Positions 37,237 through 51,371 are shown, counted from the whole stretch's first letter. The stretch: DNA of 63,344 nt, filler included, from Reticulomyxa filosa (GCA_000512085.1; 19 parts of 19 records of this genome joined end to end with filler, not necessarily neighbours in it), one strand, 5' to 3'. Program-made: numbers and translations. The notes: generated from the sequence alone by a model not told the origin.

Positions 37237-38637
37237 CACTTACTTACGGTTCTTTGAACTTTCCAACACAAAAAAAAAGGCTCAAGCTATAGCTTTCAAA
37301 GTCTTAAGAGATAGATAATATATATATATATNNNNNNNNNNNNNNNNNNNNNNNNNNNNNNNNNNNNNNNNNNNNTTAATTAATTAANNNNNNNNNNNNN
37401 NNNNNNNNNNNNNNNNNNNNNNNNNNNNNNNTTGATTAAATGTTGTTTTTTCATTTAGAAACACAATTATCTATATAATGTGGCATTTTAGGTGTTAACT
37501 TTCTTTTTTATCTTACTGATAAGTATAATTTAGAATTGGAACTCATGTAAAGAATAAGCACGTAAATTATAATTATTACATAATAGTATTTGAGTAAACA
37601 AACACAGCATGAACAACGATGACTTGTCCACCTTATGTATATTCAAATAGAAAATAAGTTGGTGTAGCAATCAATATTTTATGTCAAGATAGATAAATAT
37701 ACAAATACAATTGAACTGATATATGTGTCGAGCAATACATTCGTAACTAAATAAATGTTTGTATTGACTTTTTGCAAAATAATTACGCGCACGCATATTC
37801 GATAATACTTGCGAATGGTGCAAACTATTGCAAGCGCTCAAACGAATAAGAGAAAATAATCTTATAGTCAATTCCAAGACTAAAAGATATAGTAGAATAC
37901 AATAGTATTTTATGATAACGATTCAACACCTGTGATAACATATTCAAGATATCCGATTGATTCAAATTCCTTTGAAAAAAGGTATTATGTGGGCAATTGC
38001 AAGCAACTGTTTGTCTTCGTTTTCAATTTATCAAAAAATATTTTTTCAACAAACGTTTGTTTGTGGATATCAAAAACATTTATTTTTCTCTTTGTTCTTC
38101 TTCATTTGTAATTCAATCACCTAGAAAAAAGACATAGAATGTTGAAGCACCGCCTGGTGAGTAAAAGCTAATTCAACGAAAACGAGTTTGTTTTTGCAGA
38201 AATCAACGATTTTAAATCGTTGAACGCATTAACAAACAAAACGGAAATGTGGTCTCAACAAAACTGAAGGTCGTATCCTTTTTTGAAGAAATATTTGGCA
38301 ACCAAAGATCATGGACAAACTCTGGCGGTATCAGTACAAACGTACTGCTAGGATATTTTTGGAGGTTATATTTCTTTTTTAAAGATGAGAACGCGCGAGC
38401 AACTCGCTATCTCAATTATATTGTAGCAAAGTAAAAATAATTGTCCTTTTTGCATTTTAAAAAATATTTTTTTGATTATTGATAAAAGGCCAAAAATTGT
38501 AAACTATTCACGTACAAAGTTTATTTGACATAAAATATGATTATTGTCAATACAAAAATGATCTTTTTTAATATTGATAGTTTGTGGAGAAGCTAAAGAG
38601 GGAGAAAATTAAAGGATAAGATTTTTTGTCAAATATA

Positions 38638-39511
38638 TTATTTATCACTATCGTCGTTTTCAGTAGATTTATATTTATTCAGCTGTATGTTCGAATTTGT
38701 GTAGTTAATATAAGTAAAATTGGTATCAGTGGAAGCTGCCTTTGCTTTTCTTGTAACATCATGTCTGCAAAGTGGGCACACTTTTTTGATAGGAAGCCAT
38801 TTTGCAACACACTCTTTATGAAAAGCATGTTTACATGGCAAAATGTTGACCATATCACCTTCTTCATAGTTCGTCATGCAAACTGCACATCCTGGTCCGT
38901 TATCCTCATTAAGATCAAGTTTATTTTCTGAATCGCTATCAAATCCATTTTCCTCTGGTACATTGAACCTGAAATGAGGGACAAAAACACGCATGTGGCT
39001 ATCATTTCTTTTCTCTGACATTTACTCTTTCTGTTTATGTGACGATACAATTGAAAAATACTTGGTTTGTTCAGTTATTAATTGGGATTGTCGAAATACA
39101 AGAAGAGGTAAATTATTGATCATTTCGGTATTCGCTCCTTCAGGCTCAGCAAAAAATCGAAATACGATCAACACACATGGCAAGCACAAGCAGGTGGCCA
39201 AAACAAACAAAAAAGGGAGTGCCTATATACGTATATAAATGTATACACATAATCTTTGCCAAGGCAAATGAAACAAGAATAAACACAAAAATGGACGGAC
39301 CAATGATAAATAAACAGCTACTATGACGCCCAAGCAATAATACCAAAGAAAAGGTGCTCCTTTTTGACAAGAGTTGCCGCTGAATAAGAATGATTGACCC
39401 ACCAAGAACCATAAAAAAATCACCATCTTCCACATCCGTAAAAACTGTTGACAGGCAAGTATTTCACACAAATACGTTATTTTTTTGTATATCGCTTTTA
39501 TCATCTCTTAC

Positions 39512-39547
<36 letters not shown>

Positions 39548-40332
39548 GCTATTATAGAAGAAAGATCTGAAAAATTAAACTTGTAACCCCTTCTCACGGG
39601 TTTCGATATTTGCACTGGCACTAACTCGAAACCTACAAAAAAAAAATTACAAAATTTGTGCTCGCTGACTTGACTTTGGTAGAAATATCATTGTTTATAC
39701 TTTTTTTGTCTTTCGTTTTTTGTTCCTTGTACTTTCTCTTGCACCCTTTTTTTTTTAAAAAAAAAAAGAAACGCAACAAGAATATTCGCAAGGGTATGGT
39801 AATCCAATGCCTTGCCGTGAATAACAACAGCCAGTATTTCAATGGTTGTCCACATTGTTCTTTCCATCCTGTTGACAATACACTCGTCGTTACAATCATC
39901 TGAACCAAGAACCGACATATGCGTGAGAAGGAGCAGCAAAATACAAGACATAACAAAACAAAGCAAAAAATATGTTGGCAATGTAAAACTAAATATTAAA
40001 TTCGACAGAATTGTGTTACCTCAAAGAGTGCAAATGCCACTTCCATCAGCAGACTTCGTGACGGTTCTGTCTCCTCGTTGTAAATTGCATTTCTTCTTGT
40101 TTGTGGCTGATCTTGGTTTGAGTTCTGATAAACAAATCAAAACAATTTTTTTTCTTCAAATTTGTCTACATACTTGGCTCAAGGTTGCTGTGATTTGACA
40201 AGTACCCACGTTGCTGAGCAGCGAGGAAGCTGTTCTTTCGTTGTTGCTTCCTTCTGGAACTCCGTTTAATTCCTCCTCATGTAATTGCTTCGCTAATTCT
40301 TCATCTTGAAAGAGTTGTTCATTACTTCTCAT
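38638..40332 (-). CDS. Transmembrane RING-H2 E3 ubiquitin ligase, multi-exon
   Basis: RING-H2 CAVC...LPCKHAFHKECVAKWL...CPLC preceded by TM exons (CGQPLKYWL, WFLVG, CQKGAPFLW, CLCLPC) and GANTEMINNLP. UIM-like DEELAKQLHEEE at the N-terminus. Confidence 0.85.
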
Positions 40333-40843
40333 CCTTTGTAATCTTGATATATTCAAAAAGACATTTTAAAAAATTCTGGCAGGCTTTAACAAAAATCTTA
40401 TATCAAAAGAGTAGTGAAATATAAAATATGGAATTTGATCGAAAAATGTTAATTGGAACTTTCAACAAGGAAAAAAGAGCAAAATTCAATGTAACACATT
40501 CTTAAATGATTCTCTTTCACATCACACCCACAAGGCGAGAAGTAACAAAACGAATACAAAATAAATCTCAAAAAAATATGGAATAAAAAATATCACACGC
40601 ACTTTTATAACTGCAACGATATGCAGACTTCCTTCGCCAATATCATATCCAAAAAAAAAAGTTTAACTTCTAACCAGCACAAGTAAAAAAACAAATTTGA
40701 TGAATACAAGAGAAAAATTAAAAAAAGAATTAAAATTGAGGGGAAGAGGAAAAAAGAATCAAATCAATAATAAAAGCTAGAAAATCATCATAAATTATCT
40801 AGAAATTACAAACAGATCATAGTGCAAATATTGCAGATAATAG

Positions 40844-43800
40844 TTATGTGCCCCTGGCAATGGGCAGATGGCCGTGCCGAAGTGCTTCTGCTGCAGCTTG
40901 CAGCGTGCCTGTAACGTATACGAAAACGCACTTGTCACAAAGATTGTAATAACAAATAAAAAAATAGAGAAAAATAGTAGAAAGACTAAACGCAGGTAAA
41001 ACCCTCCTTCCATTTGATCACTCTCTCCATCCAAGAAAGCATTGATGAACGCAATCTCAGCATAAACAGATGGCATTAGACTTTTAACTAAACAATAAGC
41101 AAACAGCGGTATCATGTCATCTGAACCCCTTTTGGTGTGTATATGTGAATACAAAACTAAATATTTATTTGAATTCATACAAAAACCTTACAAATTTTTT
41201 TGTCATTTTTTTTTTTACATGAACAAGATAATATAGATTGACATACATGAGTAATTCTTTTCGGTTTGACATAGGAGTGATGATTTGTTTCGCCTTTTCA
41301 TTCCAATTATCCTTGATGATGGAAATGTACAAACCATTTTTGTCAATACTTTCGGTAATGGTCTCCACCAAGAATGGGTCAATTGTTTTCGTGCCATTAT
41401 AATCGATAGCTTCGTTATCATAGCCATTGCCATTGTGATCACTATCACTCATTTCTTTGGATTCATTATCTTTTGGCGGATGAAAATTGGTATCGTTCAA
41501 TTGATCGGGAAGTGGTTGCTTACTTTGTCGGTACTCATCAATGCATTGCACCAGAACTTCTTTCAACTTCACTAAAATTGCAATTTTTTCCAAAGGGTTG
41601 CGACACTGGCTCACATCCCGTAATCTTTGTATATGTTGCATTTTATATTTTGTTGTAGATATTGCAAATACATGTACATACATATATACATATAAACAAT
41701 GAAAGGAACTGATCAAAACACGGCTGCAATACCGGCAAGACCGGTGGCCTTTCGATTTTATCAAAGCAAGAAAAGTGCTTATTCTTCAATGAATTATTTT
41801 CATCAACGCTCAAAAGGGGTGAACAAAACGATGTTTTTCCATCGGAAACGGACGAGTGATAATCATCTGCAGTCACACTTGTGTCACCGCCATTGATTAC
41901 TTTTTATTGCATTATATACACATATATCATACATCAACTTTACTTTGTCACATTTCAACAACAGACACACAATACATACGTATAACATACATATGTACAT
42001 ATATGTATGTATATATGCATATAACCAATAGTCAAATGGTTGGGTAAAGTACTGTCGATATCATCACTTGCTTTGAGCCGGCCTTGGTGATCGTGAATTG
42101 GCGTTGATTCCGAGTAACGTACAGGTGAATTGACCTCACTTTCGTTGACAATACTCGGACACGTGGAGAATTGTGAGGCATTATTCATTTGTTTCTGTTC
42201 GCGCCACGTGCGAGTATATTGTTGGAATGACGGCAATGGGGGACATTCATCTTCATCTACTTGCAATGATATTGCAATATCGTAATCTTTTGTTTTGCAG
42301 TTTTCGTACCGATTCATTAACTTCTCCAGTTCTTTGTCGTCTTTTTTATGCGCTTGTTGATACAATGGAAACAATATATCGTAAATCTCCTCACAAAATA
42401 CAAATTTATGGACGTACTGTTTAATGAGTCTCACAACCATTTGCTTGTGTCTGTGTTCCAGTTTTTGCGCTTCGGTTTCGACCGTGTTTTCACTTTCTTC
42501 CATTTCATTCGTTCGTTTTTGTTTTTTCCGAGCGCTTTCTTTGCTTTGAAATGAATGTGGACACAGTTTTTGCGTTAAAAGCTGATTTGCAAATTTCAGG
42601 AAAGATTTCAAATCTTGGGTGCACAAAGTAATCACGCTTTCAACCGAGTCTTCTTCAAAAAGTTCCACATTGTCACCATTTCTGATCGTATATACATAGA
42701 CATGTACATGTACTACATACATAATTTTTTTAAAAAAATTTACGTATTAACCTTTTATTTTCTTTTTTTCTTTTTTTTGTTTGGATAAAAAACAATCTCA
42801 AACCCAACTTTACAAACGGCTCCAGAAATAGTTTTCGGAATTCAATAAACAATTTTCCGACAGAATTTGTACTGTTCTCAAAAATATCACTCAAGCTTTG
42901 CTTAACTAATATTTCACTCCATTGATTTGTGTTTTCCAATTGAACTAACTTTTGGCGGAATGCTTGAATGGAAGCGTCACATGACTATCATGCCCCCCCC
43001 CCGCCCCAATCAATGCAAATAAAAACATTAAATTAACTCAATTTTACTTCTCTTATTTCATTCCGTTTCCAAAACAAAACACAACATACATTTAATCCGT
43101 CCAAAAGCAAAGACCATTGCAATCGATTTGTCGTGCGAGAGTGGCAAAAATCTTCATATCCGGGACTCAATGGTGTAGTCGGAGTAGACTCTTCTGTCTC
43201 CGGATAAATGCTTTGTTGAATCGCACGTACCCACGCCTTTCAATACAAACACATACATACAAGGACGTATAATCCAACGTATACGCACACTAGTGTTCAA
43301 CAATATTGTACATTAAAAATAACATCAAAAAAAAAAAGATAACCCATGTCCCCCTCCTCTCCTCCTTTCAAACTTTAGTGAGCCATCACTGGACCAATGG
43401 CACACAAAAAAACGAGGAGCAAATATTTATTTGGAAAAAAAAACAAAACAAAACAAAAATTAATGTTACGTCCGAAATGTTACAGTGGTGGGACGGTACA
43501 AAACATCTCGAGTTCGTTTTTCCCTGGCTTGAAGTTTAAGTAGTTTGTGCTCCGGATAAAAAATCCGGATTTCAAACAAGCGATCTTTTGCTTCAGAAAT
43601 TCGTACGTCAGTGCCTTGGTCGAGGGAATACACATACTTTGGCAGTGGATCTTGATCGTTCATATATTCCAATAGCTGGCGACGGCCGTTGTCCCATTCG
43701 AACCAGCATTGTTTGGAAAGAAAGGATGACTGCATTTTCCACAGCCACCCTTTGCGAATTACGTTACCAATACTCAAGTCATCACTCTGTTGAAATTGTA

Positions 43801-46029
43801 TTTTATAACAATTCGCACATATATATTTTTGTGTGTGTATGTGTATGTACACAAACACGAAACATAAAAGCGATAGATGTCGGAGGAATCACGAAAAGAA
43901 GCTGAAGAAGCGGAGTGAGAACGACAGGTACAGTACGTATTACGATGTAAAGGACTTGCATTTAAGGAACGACGACGACCATATTCAAGCGCGCAATTGG
44001 TAACATACCTCGACTTCCGTGCTGCCGACTTGGCATTGTTTTGCTCAAGTTGCAAAGGAGTCGTGTGAAAACTGCAAACACTACTGGCACTACTCTTTCG
44101 CTGTCTGGGACCAGCTGATGACGGTGTCTCAATTCGTAATAGTGCATTTGGAAAAGGACTCGACTTCGGGCCCTGAGATTTCTTTGTTTTTGCATATTAT
44201 GTTGTTTTTTTTTTTTTTGCATTACATTTGACTTTGCAAAAAAAATAAATAAATAAATAAATAATAAGACACTTGAGGAATTAAATTCATGTTTGGTTTG
44301 GGCATCGATTTTTTGAACAAAGAATGAGTAAGATGTGTGTCAATGCCACACAATTGTTGAGCAGTTTTCAAAGTGGGATAGTTGGGTAAGACAGGATAAA
44401 TAATCTTCGATTGAAGCAGTAAGGACCCCATAACCGAGGCTTCGTAACGACTGCCAACAATTGCCAATTTTGTCAGCCAAGTGATTAGCTCACTTCCTAA
44501 CAACACCTTCCGATGCATAAAACCGTTTTTTGTTGGTCGCGAACCATTCCGCTCGCACGAATTTCTTCACACAGTTTTCTCAATGGAGCTTTCTGATCAT
44601 TTTTATGTCAATATTTTCATTGTCGCTTTTTTTTTTGTCATTTATCACTCCTCCTTGCTTCACTCCAAACAAAACAAAAACAAGGAAATACAAATATTAC
44701 GAAACGAACAAACTTCCATTCAAAGCTTCGTTCATAGAGCATTCGCTCAACCACTTCTTTTTGTCAACGTCCATATCTTTTCCAGCTTTCATATACTCTT
44801 CACTATGCGTTGGCTTTTCTTTTGCAACAAGGTCTTCAATCGGATGCTGTCTTTTTATTATGCAATTGCATCGACGACATATTTCCTAAAGGGTTTCAAC
44901 AAATCATATGAATGCAATACATACCATATGTATACATACATATATGTACATACAAAAAAAAAAAACAGTGATACATTAATTTATATTTCATTTGTTTGTG
45001 TCAGTGTTCCCCCCTTTTTTTTTTAGATTAAAAAAAAAATAACTTCTCTCATTTGTTTTAATGTGACACGGAAGGCTTCGTGACAAGAATTGCGCTTCAA
45101 GTGCACCTTCTTTAACTTGTTCGACATTTGTGTTTGTTGCTTCACCAAATGAAGTAATTCTTTTACGGAGGAATTTAATTCAGTATGACCATACTTTGTA
45201 GCAACAAGTGTTCAAAGGAAAAAAGGACAGTGTATACATATGCATTCTTAATCAAGTTATTCAACAACAATAACAATAGCAAAAAAAAAAAAAAACCTGG
45301 TCAAAAGAGAGAGATGGATCGACTTTGGGATGATCAGATGTGGAGTGTGCATTTGGATCATCCTTATTTTGTAACAGCAACTGAATTATTTGTATGTTCG
45401 ACTTAAGTGCAGATAATCGGATCGCATGTTCTTCACGCTGTGCGATCATCATTTGTAACGATTCACTTATTTTTTCGCGACCAATTGTATGACGTTGTAG
45501 GTCGTCTAATTGTATGCTCGTCGGCTTTTCTTCCTTTTTTTTTATTTCGTCGTTGTTAGAACAAAAAAAAAAAAGTGCGGGAAAAAATATTTCAAAAAAA
45601 AACCAAAAAGAGAAAGACACTTCAAAATTATTCGCTTTGCGTACTTTGCATATGGTATTCAATTGTATTCGCAAAGACTCTATTGTAATGCTGATGTTCG
45701 CTGTATTTGAGATTATACCGCTCTTCTCTTTCTTTTTTCCGATGAGGATAAAGGACAAACAACAAAAATACATATGTATATAAATGATTCGCATTATTAG
45801 TTGATGGTGTCTGTGATGGTGATTCATCAGAAACGACAAACACATAGATGAATACACATTCAAATTCTCAACCAACTTCCAGTAGTTCCATTATTTGAGG
45901 CAGTTGTTGTTTACACGAGTCAACTTTTTTTTGAACAGTTTGAAGTTGATGGCATAAACGCCCTTCTTCTTTTTGAAAGTACCAGATAGATAACTTCAAT
46001 AGTACCGATCGTTCCTCAAGGGGAAGCAT
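40844..46029 (-). CDS. DEP + PH + VPS9-domain protein (putative Rab5-family GEF), multi-exon
   Basis: VPS9: RNPLEKIAIL, GSDDMIPLFAYCLVK, EGGFYLRTLQAA. PH: IRKGWLWK...YVYSL...RLFEI. DEP-like: LLGSELITWL...SRYEASVMGSLLLQSKIIYPV. The single-gene model and 5' end are inferred. Confidence 0.65.
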
Positions 46030-46651
46030 TGTCGGTTTTCTGTGAAATAAATATTATATTATGAACACAAGAAGACTTTTCCTATTCTCCTTTTTTTGTT
46101 TATCTAACAAAAAACTGTAACAATTACAACTCCAAAATTGATAAAACAACATGTTCAGTAATTTGAATGCACATAGATGTCATATTGATTAATTTTTTAA
46201 ATTTTGCTGTTTATTCCAAGAAATACGATTAATAGAGAAATATTAGTATTACACTTTGATTTAATATTTTGATGAAAAAATCAAATATGTAAAGAATTGA
46301 CGTTTTTAGCAATTTTTTGTTTGAAATATCGCAATTCTGTTACAGCGCGAAATGTTTCTTTTTTTTTTCAGAAATAGCCAATGAAAAGCCAGTTCAACAA
46401 AAAAAAAAGTTGTGAAAAAAATTTTCTTATTTTAAAAGAAAAGAAAATAAAAAAAGATTTGCTTTCCCAGTGGAGGAGGAAAACGAGATTGTGAAAGTTT
46501 CTTTCTTCCTCCACTTATTTTCGTGAAGTCGTCAAGTGCCACTGTGGTTCCAAAATAAAAAATTGAAATGAAAAAAATTAAAGTTAAATTGAATGATCAT
46601 TGCGGAACTTGACTGCAAATAAAAAAATAATGTAAAAAAAAAGAAAACCAG

Positions 46652-46879
46652 TGTGGGACGTCAGCTGGAAGAGGTTGTACTAAATGTAATACGAAAATGG
46701 TTTTGCTCAAGAAACCAATGTTCGATAAAACAAAAGTAAATTAAATAAAAGAAAGATGAATAACGCAACAAAAGAAGAAAACAAAACAAAAGAGTAAGTA
46801 AAGTTGGTTGAGGAGTTTTAGCCCACCGGGACTCCCATGTTCCTTCAACGTTCAGATATTTATAGGGCCTTGCCCTACA
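46652..46879 (-). mobile_element. Probable solo LTR (228 bp, TG...CA) with 4-bp target-site duplication CCAG
   Basis: The + strand reads ccag|TGTGGGAC...GCCCTACA|ccag, with the TSD at 46648-46651 and 46880-46883. A homologous copy lies at 3805-4031. Confidence 0.85.
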
Positions 46880-47480
46880 CCAGGTGTTTTTCAACACTAT
46901 CAATTTTTTTTTATCGTTTGTTATGGTACTGGCTGCTGAAAGAAAAAATATTTGTCTACGTGATGAATAATTCAAGATTTGCTTAGCAAATGCGAAATTA
47001 GTTCTCAAGTTCTGTTACAAAATCAAATTTTTGTATGAACATATATACTTCAACAGATCATTTACAAAAATTAGAGAAAGTGCCACATGTGAGAATATAT
47101 AGCAAAAATTTTTAAGAAATATCTAGTCAAATTTTCATTCATTTTTTTGTTGAAGGTTATCAGACGACAGTGGTTTTTAAACATAACATATTCAAGACAA
47201 TAAAGATTGCCAATTTGTTTATTAAAAAAAAATCGGTTGAACAAAACATTGAAAAAACTTTGCACATATTGGAAACAATTAAAAAAGTCTTTTTTCTCCA
47301 CAATTGTCCTCTGCTGTTGTGAGTAGCAGAATCTGATCTTTCTTATTATGACATGGAAAAAGATAAAAACAATCTCAAAAAGCGATAGAAAAAAAAATTT
47401 GGTGATGTCCTTTCCAAACCCTGCGCAAAATTTTCGCAAAGGTCAATAGTTTTTTTGTAATAGGAATTAGTGTGTTCGTT

Positions 47481-49653
47481 TCAGGCGGCATATTTATCTG
47501 TGTATCGCCGAAACGATTCAGTGTATACAAATCGTTGAAAGGAATCCGAGTTCATTAATCTATACAAAGCAAAAACGACTGGATCGAAAAGATTGTACAG
47601 TTCTTCTTTAGTTTTATTAGCAATAGCTTCCGGTTTGCATTTTTGAATACAAGCCATTCTAACATTATGACCGACATTGACTTCATAGGAAGCACTTTCT
47701 CTCAAATATTTCTCTACTAAACCAGCAATCTGCTCCGTAACAGGGGCATCACTATCGACGATAGCAGATCGCGGCAACGATTCACTTAAAGGAAATTTTT
47801 GATGAAAAGTGCATTCTTTTTCCGTACGAGAACAATTCTTGTAGTGAAATTGACACATTTCCAAATATGCCAGCAATGTTTCTGGGGAAAGTTCTGGTTA
47901 CAAAGAGTAATATTTGGACATACGTACGTACAACAAAGGGGAAGAGACAAGAAAAGAGGAGAAGGAGGGGGGAGTAATTTTGATATTTTTTATTTTTTGT
48001 GAACCTGCAAATAAATGTTCCATAAATAAATTGAATCCGACTTTGTCCGCTAAAACATCTCGCAATTCAGGATTTTTTGATTTTTTAACTTCTGCTGTGT
48101 TGTGATTACCTGCATGTTCAATGGTTGTTTCGGTCTGAATGCGTTGTCGTAGCAGGTGTGCACCAACTTCTACGTCGATAGCTGCCAATTGATTGGCATC
48201 CTCTTGGAATACACTCACGCTTTTCACGCGTTTTTTCCCAGACACATTTGTGTCAGTGTTGTCAGTGCCCTCGGATTCTGAGGCCGACTTTATGGAGGCT
48301 TTTGACGAAGCAAACAAATGAATTTGTGTGGACAATTTGGCATTTTGTTTTTCCGTTTCTTTTTCGACTTGTTCATTGTCATATTCCTTTGGCCCCCAAC
48401 ATTCGGCAAACGTTTCAGCAGTACATTTGGGGCGTGTCACGTACGCCCTGTTTTGATATAATACACGTGCCGTCACAATCATGGAAAAAATCCATACGTC
48501 GATTGCTGTATGTATGCGTATTGTTTATTTTTTTAATTTTTTTTTTTTTAATAACCCCTTTTTTTTAAAATTTTTTTCTCCCCCCTCTCCTACTTCAATC
48601 TCTGCAGACCCCCCCCCCCCTTTTTTTAGATTCCCCCTGTTCGCGAAGAAGTATAAAAAAAGATTCGACGAAGACTTAACACAGCAACAAGGGATTCAAC
48701 CACCACAAGCCAGATGTATTATTAAGAGACCCAATACTGGAGAGCACGAGGAAGGTGATAATGATAAGCATCAGCACTGCAAACACGGCCAATATTTCGC
48801 TTCGAACATTGAAAACATCTCGGTACACTGGCAATGATTTCCACAGCCACAACAAAAAGACTAACTTAATCAGTGATAAAAAGACACTGAGGTACGCCGG
48901 AACTGACGTGGGTGGGAATAACACGGCCAGTATTCTTCATTGTAATGCAAACCGTTATTACAAATAATAATTAAACAAAACAAAAATCAAAGTGTATGTT
49001 TTGATAGTTTACATCAATCAGGATTGCAATACACATACATAATTTCACAACACTCAACCCTGTCACAACGGCTTCTACGGCACAAATTGGAAATGCAACT
49101 CGGTTTTCAATGAAACGGGCGTTTCCCAATGTATGACGATATTTGATAATCCACGTTTGGTTGGCTGCTTCCGGATTTATCAAGTGCTTCCATTCATCGC
49201 GCAAGGAATGTACTGCCAATCGCACTCGATAGTATCCAAGGTAAAAACGGGCTACCATTAGCGTCACTGCTGGTTGTACCGCAGATGTCATCACATACCT
49301 CAACAAAAATATTATCTTCAACCACTTATCAGACCAATTGTAAAAGTAACAAAATACCACTAGCGTTTTCTGTTTTTGTTTTTTTTTTGTATTCAAAAAC
49401 AGTTGGGCGGACATTGGAAACCTAATTTTTTGTTTTACCCATTTTTTCGAAAATAACTGTTGCTTACCTGAATCGTAAATGCAAACGACAAAACTACTAT
49501 TCCATATACCAATACAGGGTTTCTTCCTACTATTGGTGGCGTTCGTCTGTTTTGGTAAAAATAGAACAAATAATACCACATCGTCGGCTGTAATATTCCC
49601 CAAATAAGGATTAACAGCGTAATACCAATCCAAAAATCAGAAGTACTAGCCAT
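47481..49653 (-). CDS. Multipass TM (7TM-like) RGS protein, multi-exon
   Basis: N-terminal TM exons (…VGRNP…, …YRDVFNVRSEI…). C-terminal RGS domain LRDVLADKVGFNLFMEHL|..ETLLAYLE...EKYL..SASYEVNV...LFD...LMNSDSFQRF. Confidence 0.8.
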
Positions 49654-50771
49654 TTCTCGATCAGAGCATAAACAGGGTTGATTTATGAAAAATTTTCTAG
49701 CTAAAATCTGCAATTCATTGATGACTTTGCCGTTTTGCAACCTGAGAGCAGAAAGTAGATATCTACTTTGCAAAACAAGTAAAAATTGGCTGCTTATTCT
49801 CGTTTTTTTTTATTTTTCTATTTACGAAGTAAGACGCTGAAAATTGTCAACAAAATCCAAAATTATAAAGTTTTGTTTGCTAAAAGTGAAAACAACTATT
49901 TTCGTCTGAAATAAACGTCTAATGAAAGCAATGACATATGCACATTTTAATGAAGACACAATATTGTAATCATTAATAAATAATAGTGTTGTCAGTCCTA
50001 CGAAGCGAAGATGAACACGTTTAAGTGTGAATCTCCCTACAATAATAACGATAAATACTGAAACGTTATTGTAATGTTCTGACCTGTTGAATTATATTCA
50101 AAAATTTTTAAAAAGTGAATGAAGCAAGAGCTTTACCTTTTATTAGCGAATGTTCAATGAATCCAGCACATTAAATTGAAAAGCTTTTATTTTCTTTTGA
50201 TAAAATTATTCTTTTGTAGATTGAAGACAAAAATAAATAAATACTTGTAGCTTATGTTGTGAATTGGAAGAAAAGTTTTTTGTTCGTTTGTAAGAATGAA
50301 CAAAATAAATTAAACGAAAGAGGGCAGTAACAGCAATTCGAATAACATCACATTTACATTTCGATTCACAATACAATCACATCAAAGAGTAACACTCTCC
50401 GAAAGAGTGTGTTATTACATTTCCAAAGTAACAAATGAAGAGTCACATAACTAAAAAGTATAGTTTATAAGTTGAATGTTTCAAAGAGTTGCACAGAGAT
50501 GTTCACTCAAGATAACAAGTAAAAAGAGAACGGAGCTAATTTGTAAATTGTAGACACTGACAACTAAAGCAAAAACAATTATATTTATTGTTGTTTTTTT
50601 TGTATCCAGCTAAACATACAAACGAGAGTCGTGTTGGAGACTGCTCCCAAGTATCACAAATAATTTGAACACAACAATAAGAAAAAGAATCCACCATAAC
50701 ATTGTTATGAACACCTCAAGCACCGCTTTGTCACATTTCTATATCAAAAAACAATGTCGTCCTGTGATTTA

Positions 50772-51371
50772 TCAGTACTGAGTAAAAAAAATATTTAAAC
50801 GTACCACATTATACGCAAGTTGTGAAACGCTAATTAGTTGTTGAGGAATGATTTGGTTGAGTTTTGTTGTGATACAATTTTCAGTTGACCGGGGCTGGAT
50901 TTGTGCTGTTCCTAATTCTTCAAATTTTAAATTGCAATTGGGGACAAGTTCTTGACATGTCTTTTCTTGTGTAATTGGAACGTCAAGAGTTGTCTCCAAG
51001 CATGCGTCATTTTGAACATTTTGCTTTTCATTTTGAGAGAGTAGTTTTTTTTTTGGTTTTTGAACTTTTGACAAAAACTTGGACTTTTCAACCTTAGAAT
51101 GATTCTTTTCATCCAGAATATAATGACTTTGAGGAGCGCAGTCCAGGTGGTATATTTTTTTAATTTTTGGTCCTGTTGGGCTTGTGAGGGATCGATGAGT
51201 CAACGACCCACTAAACGAATACTTTTTGACTGTTTTAGTGATCTGAATGTTGTTGGGCGTGTGTGGGCTTTTAACTTGACTTTGATTTGTTGCATCCACA
51301 TATTTTGTGTTAGTGCTTGATTTAAGTAGTCTTTTCAAGTGTATGTTAAAATCAGGTTTGTCCTCAGACAT
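50772..51371 (-). CDS. Hypothetical basic/low-complexity protein, first exon (divergent from BBS7)
   Basis: ~200-codon ORF starting MSEDKPDF with no recognisable domain. Probably spliced further. Confidence 0.4.
   Translation of the reverse strand: MSEDKPDFNIHLKRLLKSSTNTKYVDATNQSQVKSPHTPNNIQITKTVKKYSFSGSLTHRSLTSPTGPKIKKIYHLDCAPQSHYILDEKNHSKVEKSKFLSKVQKPKKKLLSQNEKQNVQNDACLETTLDVPITQEKTCQELVPNCNLKFEELGTAQIQPRSTENCITTKLNQIIPQQLISVSQLAYNVVRLNIFFTQY

Noticed and set aside
45920-46029. SPX-like N-terminus (YAINFKLFKKKL) on the VPS9 gene
   Set aside because: Only a short motif resemblance; the MKF start and the lysine cluster were not found.
50392-50410. Hairpin ACACTCT-CCGAA-AGAGTGT
   Set aside because: An isolated 7-bp stem is expected by chance in 63 kb.
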